NCBI GenBank assembly: GCA_037142195.1
Contig: JBAXBA010000001.1
Location: 178,345 to 242,344, forward strand
DNA length: 64,000 bases
Direction: 5' to 3'
DNA from: Pseudomonadota bacterium
GTDB lineage: Bacteria > Bdellovibrionota_B > Oligoflexia > Oligoflexales > CAIMVM01
Under the pieces are notes generated by a model. The model saw only the letters and a program-made list of their open reading frames with translations. It did not search any database and was not told the origin of the DNA. The translations under genes were made by a program, and so were the position numbers. Below, piece after piece: positions 1 through 12,234 of the stretch (positions within the stretch are counted from its first letter, which is position 1; each line of letters begins with the position of its first letter).

Positions 1-1
1 G

Positions 2-250
2 GAAGAGTTTATTTCTGGGGAAGGCCGCAAGGGAGCCTATGTCCAGCGCTATAAAGGGTTGGGTGAAATGAATGCGGACCAACTGGACTCTACTACCATG
101 AATGTGGAGCATCGGAATCTTTTAAGAGTAGAAGTTGAAGATGCGATTGAGGCAGATCGTCTGTTTTCAACGCTTATGGGTGAAGATGTAGAGCCCAGAC
201 GAGAGTTTATTCAAGAAAATGCCCTAAGTGTAAGAAACCTAGATATTTAA
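2..250 (+). CDS. gyrB: DNA gyrase subunit B, C-terminal fragment (5' truncated by window edge)
   Basis: Open frame from nt 2 reads ...[15 protein letters not shown]...[25 protein letters not shown], the canonical GyrB C-terminus; directly upstream of gyrA. Confidence 0.97.
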   Translation, partial: EEFISGEGRKGAYVQRYKGLGEMNADQLDSTTMNVEHRNLLRVEVEDAIEADRLFSTLMGEDVEPRREFIQENALSVRNLDI

Positions 251-267
251 TTTAGTAGGAACCAAAA

Positions 268-2754
268 ATGACGCTAGCACTTATTCATCCTATTAAGATA
301 GAGCAAGAAATTAAAACATCGTTTTTAAATTATTCGATGAGTGTAATTGTATCGCGTGCCCTGCCTGATGTTCGCGACGGACTCAAGCCTGTGCATCGAA
401 GAATTCTGTTTGCTATGCATGATCTCAAAAACTATCACAATAAGCCTTATTTGAAATCAGCCCGTATCGTCGGAGACGTGATTGGTAAGTATCACCCACA
501 CGGGGATTCTGCTGTTTATGATGCCTTAGTTCGTATGGCTCAGCCCTTTTCTTTACGTTACCCTTTGGTCGACGGACAGGGGAACTTCGGATCTGTAGAT
601 GGTGACTCTGCAGCTGCTATGCGATATACGGAATCTAGAATGCATGAAATCTCCGAGTTTTTACTTGCAGACCTTGACCGCGGCACCGTAGATTTCGTAC
701 CTAACTATGACAATAAAGAAGAAGAGCCCACGGTTTTACCTTCTATGGTTCCGCAACTCATTATTAATGGCGCAAGCGGGATTGCAGTTGGAATGGCCAC
801 CAATATTCCTCCACATAATTTGGGAGAAATCATTGATGGGCTTGAAGCCATCATAGCTAAGCCTGAAACCACAATCGATGAGTTGATGCTATTGATTCAT
901 GGGCCAGACTTCCCAACCGCCGCTGAGATTCATGGGGTATCTGGGATTCGCGATGCCTATTTAACGGGGCGCGGCTCTGTCGTGATGCGTTCTAAGGCCG
1001 TAATTGAGCAGACGAATAATCGTGATCATATCATATTTACAGAAATTCCATTCCAGGCAAACAAAGCAAGAATTATTGAAAAAATAGCGGAATTGGTTCA
1101 GGAAAAGAAAATCGAAGGAATTTCTGATATTCGCGATGAATCAGCTAAAGAAGAGATTCGCATTGTAGTGGATATCAAACGCGGCGAATCAGCTGAAATT
1201 GTTTTAAATCATCTTTTTAAATTAACGCCTCTTCAAACCAGTTTTGGTGTGAATATGGTGGCTTTGGTTAAAGGTCTGCCAAGGCTTCTTAATTTAAAGC
1301 AAGTTTTGGAAGAATTTTATCACCATCGACGTGAAGTTGTCGTCAGGCGAACCGCCTTTTTACTTGGTAAGGCCGAAGAACGCGCCCATATTTTACAGGG
1401 CTTAAAACTCGCGGTGGAAAATGTTGATGAAGTTGTAAAGATTATTCGAGCTTCCAGTGATTCCAGAATTGCCGGTGAGCAATTGATTGCAAGATTTGAC
1501 TTTTCCGATGTTCAAGCTAAGGCCATTTTAGATCTTAGACTTGCCCGTTTGACAGGATTAGAGCGAGAAAAGATAGTAGCTGAATATAATGCTGTGATGG
1601 TTGAAATAGCTGATTATAAGGATATTTTGGACAAGCCACTTAGAGTTACAGCGATTATTTTAGACGAGCTAAAATTGGTAAGAGAAAAGTTTGCCGATAA
1701 ACGCCGAACGGTGATTCTAGCAAGTGCTGCCGACCAGTTTACTATGGAAAGCTTAGTAGCCGACTTGCCAGTTGCGGTAACTGTGTCACATACCGGTTAT
1801 GTGAAGAGAACTCCCCTAACGGAAATTCAGGCGCAGAAGCGGGGCGGTAAAGGCAAAGCCGGAATGTTGACCAAAGATGAAGATTTTGTGGAATCAATTT
1901 TCCATACGACGAATCATCAAAATATTCTTTGCTTCACCAATTTAGGACGGGTTTATAACTTAAAAGTTTATGAAGTTCCCGAGGCCCCCATGCGGGCAAG
2001 GGGCAAGCATTTTGCGAATTTGGTACCCCTCCAGCCCAATGAGAGGGTAGTTCAGGTTCTTCCTATTTCTGAGTTTAAAGCTGGGCTTTCTTTAGCGTTT
2101 GTAACCCGAGAAGGCTACATTAAAAAGACTGAGCTCATGTCCTACTCTAATGTTCGTTCCAGCGGAATTATTGCCCTCACTTTAGAGGAAAATGACGCTT
2201 TGATGGGTGTTAGAATTGTTAAGGAAGATGATGATATATTGATCGCCACAAGTATGGGAAAAGCCATACGATTCCCTTCAAGTGATGTGAGAGATATGGG
2301 GCGATCGGCAAGGGGTGTTACGGGGATTCGCTTCTCTGAAGCTGACCGTGTGATTGGCCTTGATGTACTTTCCAAGGATCCTGGCACGTTTATTCTTTCC
2401 GTATCTGAAAACGGCTACGGAAAGCGCACCGAACTTGAGGAATATAGAACCCAATCTCGCGGCGGAAAAGGCATCTATACCATTAAAGTAACAGAAAAAA
2501 ATGGACCTGTTGTCGGAATCGCTCAAGTCAAAGAAACGGACCATATTATGATGGTAACCACGGCCGGAACTTTGATTCGAAGTAAGGTATCTGAAATCGG
2601 CGTCGTCGGGCGAAACACTCAAGGAGTTATCCTTATGCGGGTGTCAGAAGGTGAAAAAGTCAATGCTCTTAGCATGATACCTCCAGAAGAACTTTTTGCC
2701 GAAGGTGATGCCGCAAGCTCTAGCGAAGCTGCCGGGGATCCAGAAGACGAATAA
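268..2754 (+). CDS. gyrA: DNA gyrase subunit A
   Basis: [33 protein letters not shown] (catalytic Tyr), GyrA-box QKRGGKG, C-terminal beta-pinwheel repeats. Confidence 0.99.
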   Translation: MTLALIHPIKIEQEIKTSFLNYSMSVIVSRALPDVRDGLKPVHRRILFAMHDLKNYHNKPYLKSARIVGDVIGKYHPHGDSAVYDALVRMAQPFSLRYPLVDGQGNFGSVDGDSAAAMRYTESRMHEISEFLLADLDRGTVDFVPNYDNKEEEPTVLPSMVPQLIINGASGIAVGMATNIPPHNLGEIIDGLEAIIAKPETTIDELMLLIHGPDFPTAAEIHGVSGIRDAYLTGRGSVVMRSKAVIEQTNNRDHIIFTEIPFQANKARIIEKIAELVQEKKIEGISDIRDESAKEEIRIVVDIKRGESAEIVLNHLFKLTPLQTSFGVNMVALVKGLPRLLNLKQVLEEFYHHRREVVVRRTAFLLGKAEERAHILQGLKLAVENVDEVVKIIRASSDSRIAGEQLIARFDFSDVQAKAILDLRLARLTGLEREKIVAEYNAVMVEIADYKDILDKPLRVTAIILDELKLVREKFADKRRTVILASAADQFTMESLVADLPVAVTVSHTGYVKRTPLTEIQAQKRGGKGKAGMLTKDEDFVESIFHTTNHQNILCFTNLGRVYNLKVYEVPEAPMRARGKHFANLVPLQPNERVVQVLPISEFKAGLSLAFVTREGYIKKTELMSYSNVRSSGIIALTLEENDALMGVRIVKEDDDILIATSMGKAIRFPSSDVRDMGRSARGVTGIRFSEADRVIGLDVLSKDPGTFILSVSENGYGKRTELEEYRTQSRGGKGIYTIKVTEKNGPVVGIAQVKETDHIMMVTTAGTLIRSKVSEIGVVGRNTQGVILMRVSEGEKVNALSMIPPEELFAEGDAASSSEAAGDPEDE

Positions 2755-2824
2755 GAGCTGCTGTTGATAAACCTGGGGATAGTCCGTGTAAACACCAGAA
2801 GATTGTCGATATAAGCTTGTATTA

Positions 2825-3889
2825 TTGAGTATTTATGTATTGTTAGGGGCTGTGGATTCAGTGGTGAAAACATTAAACACGCTGGTTGAAGACGATCGCC
2901 CTGAGATTTACCGCGAGGCTTCTGCTGGAATCTATTTAGACACAGGTAAAAGTCTAGAATTCGAGACCAAGAAGGGCTTGGTCTTTGATTTGGCTAGTCT
3001 TACTAAAGGACTCTTTACCGCTCCCAGAATCTTTCAATTTGCAGCCGAAAGAGGGATTCTTCTGGAGCGGCCCATTTCTGAGTCGGCCAGCTCGGAACTT
3101 AAATGCAGACTTTCGCCCGCTCTATTGGCATTAACGTACGACCAAATTCTGTCCCATACATCGGGTCTTCCCGCTTGGATGAACACTTATACGGAGTGTC
3201 TGGGAATCGATACGGGAAGCTCTCTCGCGAAACTCGGCTTCCATTTAAATCGCGTGGCTCAAAGACCTTTAGGTCCCAAAACTTTCTGTTATAGCGATGT
3301 TGGGTTTCTGCTTTTAGGTTTTATTTTGCAAGTAGAAACCAAAATGAGTTTAGGAGAACAACTCCATGCCTGGACGTACAAATCAGGGTCTAGGATTTCC
3401 TATGCTCCTTTGGATCGCACCGAAGTAGCTTCAACCGGCTATTGCCCTATGCGCCAAAGAGAGTTGAGGGGAGAAGTTCATGACGAAAACTGTTTTTACC
3501 TTGGCGGCGAGACGGGGCATGCTGGACTTTTTGGAAGCCTTCTAGATGTAAAACTGCATCTGAAATGGCTTTTTAAAGAATCCTTTGGCCAGTCATTTCT
3601 TCATCGCAACGCATTACTCAGAAAAACGCCCCATCAAAACCCTTATCTGAGTCACGACGGTCTTTTAGGATTAAGACAAGGGTCTGGTCTTTCCGCCTAT
3701 GATTTTTGTAGCGGACTAGCAATAGGTCACCTTGGCTTTACGGGAACCGCGTTTTGGATAGAGCCGGAATCTAAAGACATTGTGATTCACCTGACTAATC
3801 GCGTCGCGAACGGACGTCTTTCTAAAGGCATTACTCAGTCCAGGCAAAAATTTTGCGAGTTTGCCCATTCAGAACGTACTAAATACTGA
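2825..3889 (+). CDS. Serine hydrolase, beta-lactamase/class C-like family (start uncertain)
   Basis: FDLASLTK (SxxK), LSHTSGLP, YSDVGF, GEVHDEN, GHAGLF and GHLGFTGT motifs. Confidence 0.85.
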   Translation: MSIYVLLGAVDSVVKTLNTLVEDDRPEIYREASAGIYLDTGKSLEFETKKGLVFDLASLTKGLFTAPRIFQFAAERGILLERPISESASSELKCRLSPALLALTYDQILSHTSGLPAWMNTYTECLGIDTGSSLAKLGFHLNRVAQRPLGPKTFCYSDVGFLLLGFILQVETKMSLGEQLHAWTYKSGSRISYAPLDRTEVASTGYCPMRQRELRGEVHDENCFYLGGETGHAGLFGSLLDVKLHLKWLFKESFGQSFLHRNALLRKTPHQNPYLSHDGLLGLRQGSGLSAYDFCSGLAIGHLGFTGTAFWIEPESKDIVIHLTNRVANGRLSKGITQSRQKFCEFAHSERTKY

Positions 3890-3938
3890 GCTAAGATAGC
3901 CTCAATGGGGACTTATTATGTATAGTTTTAATATGACT

Positions 3939-5021
3939 TTAAAAAGAAGCGCCGATACCACCAAATAATTCAAAGCCAACCATATTTTTACTATGACCTA
4001 AAGCACTGCTAAATGTTGCAGCTCCCGCCGCTGCATCTGGGGAGTTAGGGTCTGTTACCGTTGCTGAAGTCTTAGCAGTGCCCGACAAACCCAGAGAAAG
4101 GGTTGCTCCCAATTGAATGCCTATAGGTCCTAAGTCCATCATTACAAGAGCTGGTACTCGAAGCGAAATCACAGAGATCGAAGACGTGCCTGATGCAATG
4201 ACATTGGCATCCGCACCGCTGTCATTCTTTTGGATCGCAGAAAACTTTATGTTATTTGAGGAGTATCCAAGTCCTGCGCCCATTGCGATGTTGATTGGAC
4301 TTTTTTGTATCGTAAATAGATAGTCCCCAAAAAGTCCCAAAAAGCTTCGCTTAGAAGTCAAGGATACATACTTAGTAGGCTCACTGATGCTGTAGTCAAG
4401 ATCCACATTATTGTTGGGAATCATTCCGGAAATGCTGTAGCCAAGGCCCCCATGAAACGGTCCAAACATTCCGGCTAAAATGAGGGCGGCGCCTGAGCTA
4501 ACTTTAGATTCTTCTGCCCAGAGAGCCCCTGGCTCCGCCGGATTCGGTGGGTTGTATTTGAGATTATTAGACTTAAAAACTGTAATCGGTGCGTAAGAGG
4601 CGCCAGCATAGATTCGAATTCTATTTTTGCGCGATTTTACCGAAACTTTCTTTGTTTTATCCGAACTAGAAATTTCTTCTGGAGGCCCTGAATTTTCCTT
4701 AGTAGCTTCCTGAGCCATTTCTCCGGAGGGATCAAGAGCCGCTTTTTTTGCAGATTTGCTCAATTTGGCGGTCATGCCTTTTTCGACTTTAGAGAGACTT
4801 GACTTCTTTACTTTGACCAGTGCTTTGAGCCCTTTAACTTTTGAAACGACTCCACAGGCCTTTTTTTTGCCCTCTTTTACAAAGCAAACATGAGACCCTA
4901 CTGGCCATTCCGACTCAGAATCCATGAGGACAATCGGTCCAGATTTCCCAATTTTTTCCACACTGCCAGCAAAGGATACGGAAGTGAAAATACAAAGAAT
5001 CCAGAAAGTCAATATCCTCAT
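3939..5021 (-). CDS. Secreted protein, probable outer-membrane beta-barrel with small N-terminal beta domain
   Basis: Signal peptide (ending SVSFA), alternating amphipathic strands, C-terminal Phe (GFELFGGIGASF). Confidence 0.6.
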   Translation of the reverse strand: MRILTFWILCIFTSVSFAGSVEKIGKSGPIVLMDSESEWPVGSHVCFVKEGKKKACGVVSKVKGLKALVKVKKSSLSKVEKGMTAKLSKSAKKAALDPSGEMAQEATKENSGPPEEISSSDKTKKVSVKSRKNRIRIYAGASYAPITVFKSNNLKYNPPNPAEPGALWAEESKVSSGAALILAGMFGPFHGGLGYSISGMIPNNNVDLDYSISEPTKYVSLTSKRSFLGLFGDYLFTIQKSPINIAMGAGLGYSSNNIKFSAIQKNDSGADANVIASGTSSISVISLRVPALVMMDLGPIGIQLGATLSLGLSGTAKTSATVTDPNSPDAAAGAATFSSALGHSKNMVGFELFGGIGASF

Positions 5022-6133
5022 TTAATGGTGACCGCCCTTCTTCGGAAGTCTTCACTACTTACAACAACGGGGAAATTGCTAGATGATTTTAAGGTTTTAA
5101 AACTAACTAATTTAAGCTGCATAATTACAGGCTTATTCGCGAGTTTAGAAAACTCATCCCTTGAAATTACACCCACCCCTGCTGAAGCGTTATAGACACA
5201 GGTGAAGCCCGAAGTCTCTCCCTGGACACGAGCATCAAAGAACACATACGCATCAGCGTCGACATTTTGCGCTTGCCAACGGGCTTCTAAATTAGGACCT
5301 AAAGGAAATATAACATTCGTTGCGCTGCCCAAGCGAACGCGCCCAAAACTAAGCTCTGTGTTAGAGATGATGGAGGCCCGAGAAAGAAGAGGAGTTCTAG
5401 GCAGATCAACCCCTTGAGTGCTGCCATCTAAACTAAATTCTAACTTTGTGGGCTTTTGAAGAGCCAGGGAGCTGGGAATGCGCATGGAAACAAAAGAATT
5501 TGGGTCGGCATTTTCTGACTTTGTTCCGCCGATGGAAATCCAGTCGATATTCGAAGGCGTCGAGCTGCCTAGCAGCGAAAACAAATCAATGGCCTTGGGA
5601 AAACAGCCTGGATTGATCTTGGGCAATCCGCCACCATACCCATTAAGACTTGTCACAGAAAGGGTTCCAAGGGAGCTATTCACCTTACTTAGAACCAGGT
5701 TTGATTTTTCGGCGGTAGTAGGAAAATTCGTATAATCATTCCCCCCCTCTCTTAAGAGGCGGGACTCGCCAAAATTACCTGGCGAGGCGCCAAACGAAGC
5801 TTGATACCAATAAACCACATCAGGATCTAGACCAGGAAGCACCACCTGATGATTAAAATGTGGCTTTTCTCCACAGGAAACTTTGCGGGCATCGCGCGGC
5901 GGGGTTTGTCCAGAAACTTGGGGCCAAAAGACAATTTCACAATAAGCTTCGGCAGTGGTATGGGCCATAAGGATACCAAGGCTGCGCTCATTCGTTCTAG
6001 ACAATTGAATGGCCGTTGAAGGGTCGATGAGGGCTCTTCCACCGTCTTTTTTAGGACCCTTATTACGGCCTGAATTAAAGAGCCAACATCCTGAAAGACC
6101 GAAAAAAAATGTACATATTATGAAAAACTTCAT
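5018..6133 (-). CDS. Hypothetical lipoprotein, beta-rich with FN3-like N-terminal part
   Basis: Lipobox LSGC; HQVVLPGLDPDVVYWYQ resembles an FN3 strand; 4-bp overlap with the downstream gene. Confidence 0.6.
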   Translation of the reverse strand: MKFFIICTFFFGLSGCWLFNSGRNKGPKKDGGRALIDPSTAIQLSRTNERSLGILMAHTTAEAYCEIVFWPQVSGQTPPRDARKVSCGEKPHFNHQVVLPGLDPDVVYWYQASFGASPGNFGESRLLREGGNDYTNFPTTAEKSNLVLSKVNSSLGTLSVTSLNGYGGGLPKINPGCFPKAIDLFSLLGSSTPSNIDWISIGGTKSENADPNSFVSMRIPSSLALQKPTKLEFSLDGSTQGVDLPRTPLLSRASIISNTELSFGRVRLGSATNVIFPLGPNLEARWQAQNVDADAYVFFDARVQGETSGFTCVYNASAGVGVISRDEFSKLANKPVIMQLKLVSFKTLKSSSNFPVVVSSEDFRRRAVTIK

Positions 6134-6252
6134 GAATACAGGGCCCTTTCTAATGGCTCTTAAACTATTTTACATCAATTATGGGCAACCACCTAAAATC
6201 TTCAAGTAGTCAAACAAGCCTCGAACATGCTAGATTCTTTTCCCGTGGATAA

Positions 6253-7893
<1,641 letters not shown>

Positions 7894-7894
7894 T

Positions 7895-8872
7895 ATGTCT
7901 GAGTTTAGCGAACATACAAAGCTCATAGGAATGGAAGTTTTAAATGCGGAAGCTTCGGCTCTCATAAAAGCAGCCAGTATGATTTCAGATTCTTTTGCTC
8001 TCGCAGTTGAAAAGATACTCAGCATACAAGGTAAAGTAGTTTTATCTGGCCTTGGAAAGTCCGGACACATCGCAAGAAAATTGGCGGCAACTATGGCGTC
8101 AACAGGGACTCCAGCCTTCTATCTTCATCCAGGTGAAGCAATGCACGGCGATCTCGGGGTACTTCAAAAAGGTGATTTGCTGTTAGCGATAGCCTATTCT
8201 GGCGAAACCATCGAACTCATTGAGGTGGCAAAATATGCCAGGCGTAGAGGAGTTTTTGTAGTATCGATCACAGGAAATCTCCGCTCCAATCTTGCAGACT
8301 TAAGTGATGCCGTATTAGATGGATCTATCGATAAAGAAGCCGACGGACTTGGCTTAGCGCCTACCAACTCCTCCACTGTGGCTTTAGGCTTGGGTGATGC
8401 TCTGGCAATAGCCGTTATGCGTCAACGTAAATTTACAGATAATGATTTTGCCGCCTATCATCCCGGCGGTAAATTGGGAAAAAGACTGTCTCACGTGAGA
8501 GATCAAATGAAGATATTTGATTCCGCTAGTCTTTTATTGCCTAGCGATGACTTTCATGGAGCTTTAAAAGCAGTCACCTGTCAAAATTTTGGCATAGCCC
8601 CTGTTTTAGATCACAACAAGAACATTGTAGGAACTGTAACTGATGGAGATTTAAGGCGAGCCCTATTGAAATATGGGGCTGAGGCACTCGCTAAAGAGGT
8701 TAAGGACCTTATGAACTCAAGACCCAAGACTATTTCTTCCTCCTCCCGATCAGTAGACGCAGTTAACGATATGGATCAAAATAAAATAACGTCTTTATTA
8801 GTTGTGAGCGACGCCGGCAAACTTGAAGGCATAGTGAGAATGCATGATCTACTTGAGGCAAAAATTATTTGA
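7895..8872 (+). CDS. kdsD: Arabinose-5-phosphate isomerase (SIS plus CBS pair)
   Basis: GLGKSGHIARK, HPGEAMHGDLG, APTNSST, HPGGKLG; C-terminal CBS domains. Confidence 0.95.
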   Translation: MSEFSEHTKLIGMEVLNAEASALIKAASMISDSFALAVEKILSIQGKVVLSGLGKSGHIARKLAATMASTGTPAFYLHPGEAMHGDLGVLQKGDLLLAIAYSGETIELIEVAKYARRRGVFVVSITGNLRSNLADLSDAVLDGSIDKEADGLGLAPTNSSTVALGLGDALAIAVMRQRKFTDNDFAAYHPGGKLGKRLSHVRDQMKIFDSASLLLPSDDFHGALKAVTCQNFGIAPVLDHNKNIVGTVTDGDLRRALLKYGAEALAKEVKDLMNSRPKTISSSSRSVDAVNDMDQNKITSLLVVSDAGKLEGIVRMHDLLEAKII

Positions 8873-9458
8873 ATCCTTGAGCCGAGGGCTTAAAGTAAAA
8901 TATTTATTGCTTTTACTGAGTGCTGTCGGAATTTACCTGTTTTTTTGGAATCATACAGATATCCCAAAAGGGGCCTCGACTTCACTAGATGACCAAGTTG
9001 TCACAATTACCAAATTAGAATTTGACACCTGGACCCCCCCTTCTGGGAGAGAGACCTTAAAGGCGGGGCGCTTTGCTGTAGTGGAACCTAATATGATTCA
9101 GCTCACTCAGGGGGTGGAAGTGATAGATCATTCACCTTCAAGGAGCTTTGATCAATGGAATTCTGAAAGCGCAATAGCTCAGTTTCAGGCAGTCAATTCA
9201 GTTCAAGTCTTAAACGGCGCTCAAATTTTAGAGGCCTTTTTTCCAGGGGAAGTCAGCATAAAAAAAGATGGCACGACATTGACTTCATCAGATGTAAATG
9301 CAGACTATAGAACAGATCAGCTATCGAGTGAAAAAAAGACCGAAGCAAGAAGACTTCAAGACAGCCTTACCTCAGAAAATGGTTTTAAAACCAACTTAAA
9401 AACGGGCGATTTCCAATTTATGGGCCCTATGAGCGGGCAAATGGAGAAATTTCCATGA
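8844..9458 (+). CDS. lptC: LPS export protein LptC-like (divergent; start uncertain)
   Basis: N-terminal TM followed by beta-rich domain; position between kdsD and lptA. Confidence 0.6.
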   Translation: MIYLRQKLFESLSRGLKVKYLLLLLSAVGIYLFFWNHTDIPKGASTSLDDQVVTITKLEFDTWTPPSGRETLKAGRFAVVEPNMIQLTQGVEVIDHSPSRSFDQWNSESAIAQFQAVNSVQVLNGAQILEAFFPGEVSIKKDGTTLTSSDVNADYRTDQLSSEKKTEARRLQDSLTSENGFKTNLKTGDFQFMGPMSGQMEKFP

Positions 9459-10039
9459 AAACCTTTTTTATATTTCTAATTTTGCTGTCCGGACAGGCGT
9501 TTTCGGACCTTCAAGATGATCCTCAGGGCTCACCCGCCGCTCCAGACGCTTCGCCAGCGCCAAGTCATCCTCCATCCACTTCCCACGAAGAATCTGTCGA
9601 GAACCCTAAGTCTAAGGCAGCAACAGGAAAAAAATTAAAGAAAAGCCCCCCCGTCCTATTTCGATCGGAAACCATGTCCGGCAATCGATTTCAGGGCCAT
9701 CTGATCCTAAAAGGCAGTGTAAAGATTACCCAAGGCGATCTCATCATTATGTCGGATGAAGCGGTTATCGATCAGGATATCCGCCTCGGTACACTTAAAA
9801 CCATTGTTGCCACAGGAAACGTCTATTTTCAAAGAACGGATGAAGCGTCAGGCAAGAAAATGACGGCGACGTCCCAATCGGCAACCTATTTGGCTTTGGC
9901 CAAAACTATAACTTTTAAAGGAAATGCTTCCATTACCCGTGGGACTGATAAGATTAATGGTACAATATTTACATACGATATTGTATCCGGACTGATTAAG
10001 GCCCAAAAAGTGGATGGAGTTTTTGAGCAAAATGAATAA
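9455..10039 (+). CDS. lptA: LPS transport periplasmic protein LptA/OstA family
   Basis: Signal peptide; LKGSVKITQGDLII, ATGNVYF, FKGNASITRG OstA-like repeats; directly upstream of lptB. Confidence 0.85.
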   Translation: MKTFFIFLILLSGQAFSDLQDDPQGSPAAPDASPAPSHPPSTSHEESVENPKSKAATGKKLKKSPPVLFRSETMSGNRFQGHLILKGSVKITQGDLIIMSDEAVIDQDIRLGTLKTIVATGNVYFQRTDEASGKKMTATSQSATYLALAKTITFKGNASITRGTDKINGTIFTYDIVSGLIKAQKVDGVFEQNE

Positions 10040-10766
10040 TCGACCTACAGTTCTTCGAGCAGAAGGACTAACCCGAAGCTTTAAATCGCGAAAGGTTGTG
10101 CAAGGAGTTTCCTTTCAGATCCATTCTGGCGAAGTCGTCGGCCTATTGGGTCCGAATGGAGCTGGGAAAACAACGAGCTTTTATATGGTCGTGGGTCTTT
10201 TGTATCCAGATTCAGGAAGAGTCTTTCTTGGAAACGAAGATATTACAGAGCTTCCTATGCATTTAAGAGCAAAAAAAGGGATCAGTTACCTGCCCCAAAG
10301 CACCTCCGTCTTTAAAAAAATGTCGGTCGAAGACAATTTGTTGGCCATAATGGAAATCACGGGCATTAAAAAAGTGACACATGAGGACCTTTTGGATTCT
10401 CTTTTGAAGAAATTTCAAATTGAACACATCGCTAAAACTCAAGGCTCTGCTTTATCTGGGGGTGAGCGCAGAAGAGTTGAAATTGCTAGAAGTTTGATTA
10501 TCAACCCTGACTTTCTATTGTTGGATGAGCCATTTGCCGGTGTAGATCCGGTGACTGTACAAGAAATCATTCAAATTATCGGAAAGCTTGCTAAAGAAGG
10601 ACTTGGAGTTTTAATAACCGACCACAACGTCCGCGAAACTCTTGAGAGTTGCCACAGAAGTTATGTTCTATCAGGCGGAAAAATAATTGCTGATGGATCC
10701 CCTCAGGAAATAGCAGAAAATTCATTAGTACGCGAAATTTATCTCGGCGAAAATTTTAAACTCTAG
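10032..10766 (+). CDS. lptB: LPS export ABC transporter ATPase
   Basis: GLLGPNGAGKTT, LSGGERRRVEIAR, LLDEPFAGVDP, ITDHNVRETL, YLGENF. Confidence 0.97.
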   Translation: MNNRPTVLRAEGLTRSFKSRKVVQGVSFQIHSGEVVGLLGPNGAGKTTSFYMVVGLLYPDSGRVFLGNEDITELPMHLRAKKGISYLPQSTSVFKKMSVEDNLLAIMEITGIKKVTHEDLLDSLLKKFQIEHIAKTQGSALSGGERRRVEIARSLIINPDFLLLDEPFAGVDPVTVQEIIQIIGKLAKEGLGVLITDHNVRETLESCHRSYVLSGGKIIADGSPQEIAENSLVREIYLGENFKL

Positions 10767-10775
10767 GATTTAAAA

Positions 10776-12230
10776 ATGGCAGATATTAGGTTAGTTCAAA
10801 AACTTGGTCAAAATCTACTGATCACCCCGCAGCTGCAACAAGCCATTAAACTTTTGCAACTCTCTCGTCTTGAACTACAAGACTATGTGGAACAGCAGCT
10901 TTCAGAAAATCCAACCTTGGAAGAGTCTCCCTCTGAAAACACGGGTGAAGAATCTTATGAAGAAATAACGGCCGAAGAACAAATGCGAGAAGAGCTTCGC
11001 GAGGCTAATTCCATAGTTGATCCCATTGATCGCTCTGAAGTTGGTGAAGCGGATTGGGACATTCTGGCTCGCCAGCAGGAGCTAGGTCAGCAGGCAAGTT
11101 CGACTAAAAACAGTAAAAACTCAAACGAAGATGTGAATAGTTTTGAAAGTGTTTTAACGCGTCCAGAGTCTTTGACAGAGCATCTTGAAGAGCAGTTGAG
11201 ATTTTTAGATTTAGACGAAAGGGAGTTGGCGCTCGGATTAGAAATCATAGGAAATATAGATGAACGCGGATATTTTGCAGCCATTGCGGAAGATATTGCA
11301 GATCGCACAGGATGCTCTATTGAAGACTTTGAAGACATGCTTGACATGGTTCAAAGGCTAGACCCGTTAGGAGTGGGAGCTAGGGATCTAAAGGAATGTT
11401 TGTTGATTCAGGTGCGAGCTTTGCAACTTAAAAATGGCATTGTTGAAAAAGTTATCGAGCATCATATGAAAGATCTGGAAAAACATAACTATCAAGCCAT
11501 CGCTAAGGGACTTAAAATCACGGAAGATCAAGTCATTGAGTCCGTTGCCAAAATTGTCGGCCTCGACCCTATTCCTGGAAGACAATTTGGTACGACTTCA
11601 GACCAATATATGATACCTGATGTCTATGTATTTAAAGTGGCCGGAAGCTGGGTAGTGTCGTTAAATGAAGACGGTCTTCCCAAGCTGAAAATTAGCGAGT
11701 TTTATAAAGACATGCGCGAAACCAGGCTAAAAAATACTGAAAAAGAATATTTGACTGATAAGATAAAATCAGCCCAGTGGTTGATAAAATCTATACAACA
11801 GCGCCAACAAACCATTCTGAAGGTTACCAATAAAATAGTGGAAAGGCAAAAAGACTTCTTCGATTTTGGGGTTCAGTTTTTAAAGCCCATGATTCTTAGA
11901 GATATTGCTGACGATATTGAAATGCATGAGTCTACGGTTAGCCGCGTAACCACAAATAAGTATGTCCACACCCCCCGGGGGATTTTCGAATTGAAATGGT
12001 TTTTCAATTCTCCTGTTTCTAAAACGGACGGTGGAGACATTGCAAGCGAAGCGGTAAAATCGATGATCAAGAAAATTATCGATTCTGAGGAACCAAAGTA
12101 CCCCCACTCGGATCAAAAATTGGTAGAGCTTCTAGAAAAACAAGGCATTTTGCTAGCTCGTCGCACAGTTGCTAAGTATAGAGAACAATTAAATATATTT
12201 CCTTCCAGCCAAAGAAAACGGATGAAATAG
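10776..12230 (+). CDS. rpoN: RNA polymerase sigma-54 factor
   Basis: TPQLQQAIKLLQLS region I, HESTVSR HTH, RpoN box ARRTVAKYRE. Confidence 0.99.
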   Translation: MADIRLVQKLGQNLLITPQLQQAIKLLQLSRLELQDYVEQQLSENPTLEESPSENTGEESYEEITAEEQMREELREANSIVDPIDRSEVGEADWDILARQQELGQQASSTKNSKNSNEDVNSFESVLTRPESLTEHLEEQLRFLDLDERELALGLEIIGNIDERGYFAAIAEDIADRTGCSIEDFEDMLDMVQRLDPLGVGARDLKECLLIQVRALQLKNGIVEKVIEHHMKDLEKHNYQAIAKGLKITEDQVIESVAKIVGLDPIPGRQFGTTSDQYMIPDVYVFKVAGSWVVSLNEDGLPKLKISEFYKDMRETRLKNTEKEYLTDKIKSAQWLIKSIQQRQQTILKVTNKIVERQKDFFDFGVQFLKPMILRDIADDIEMHESTVSRVTTNKYVHTPRGIFELKWFFNSPVSKTDGGDIASEAVKSMIKKIIDSEEPKYPHSDQKLVELLEKQGILLARRTVAKYREQLNIFPSSQRKRMK

Positions 12231-12234
12231 AGAT

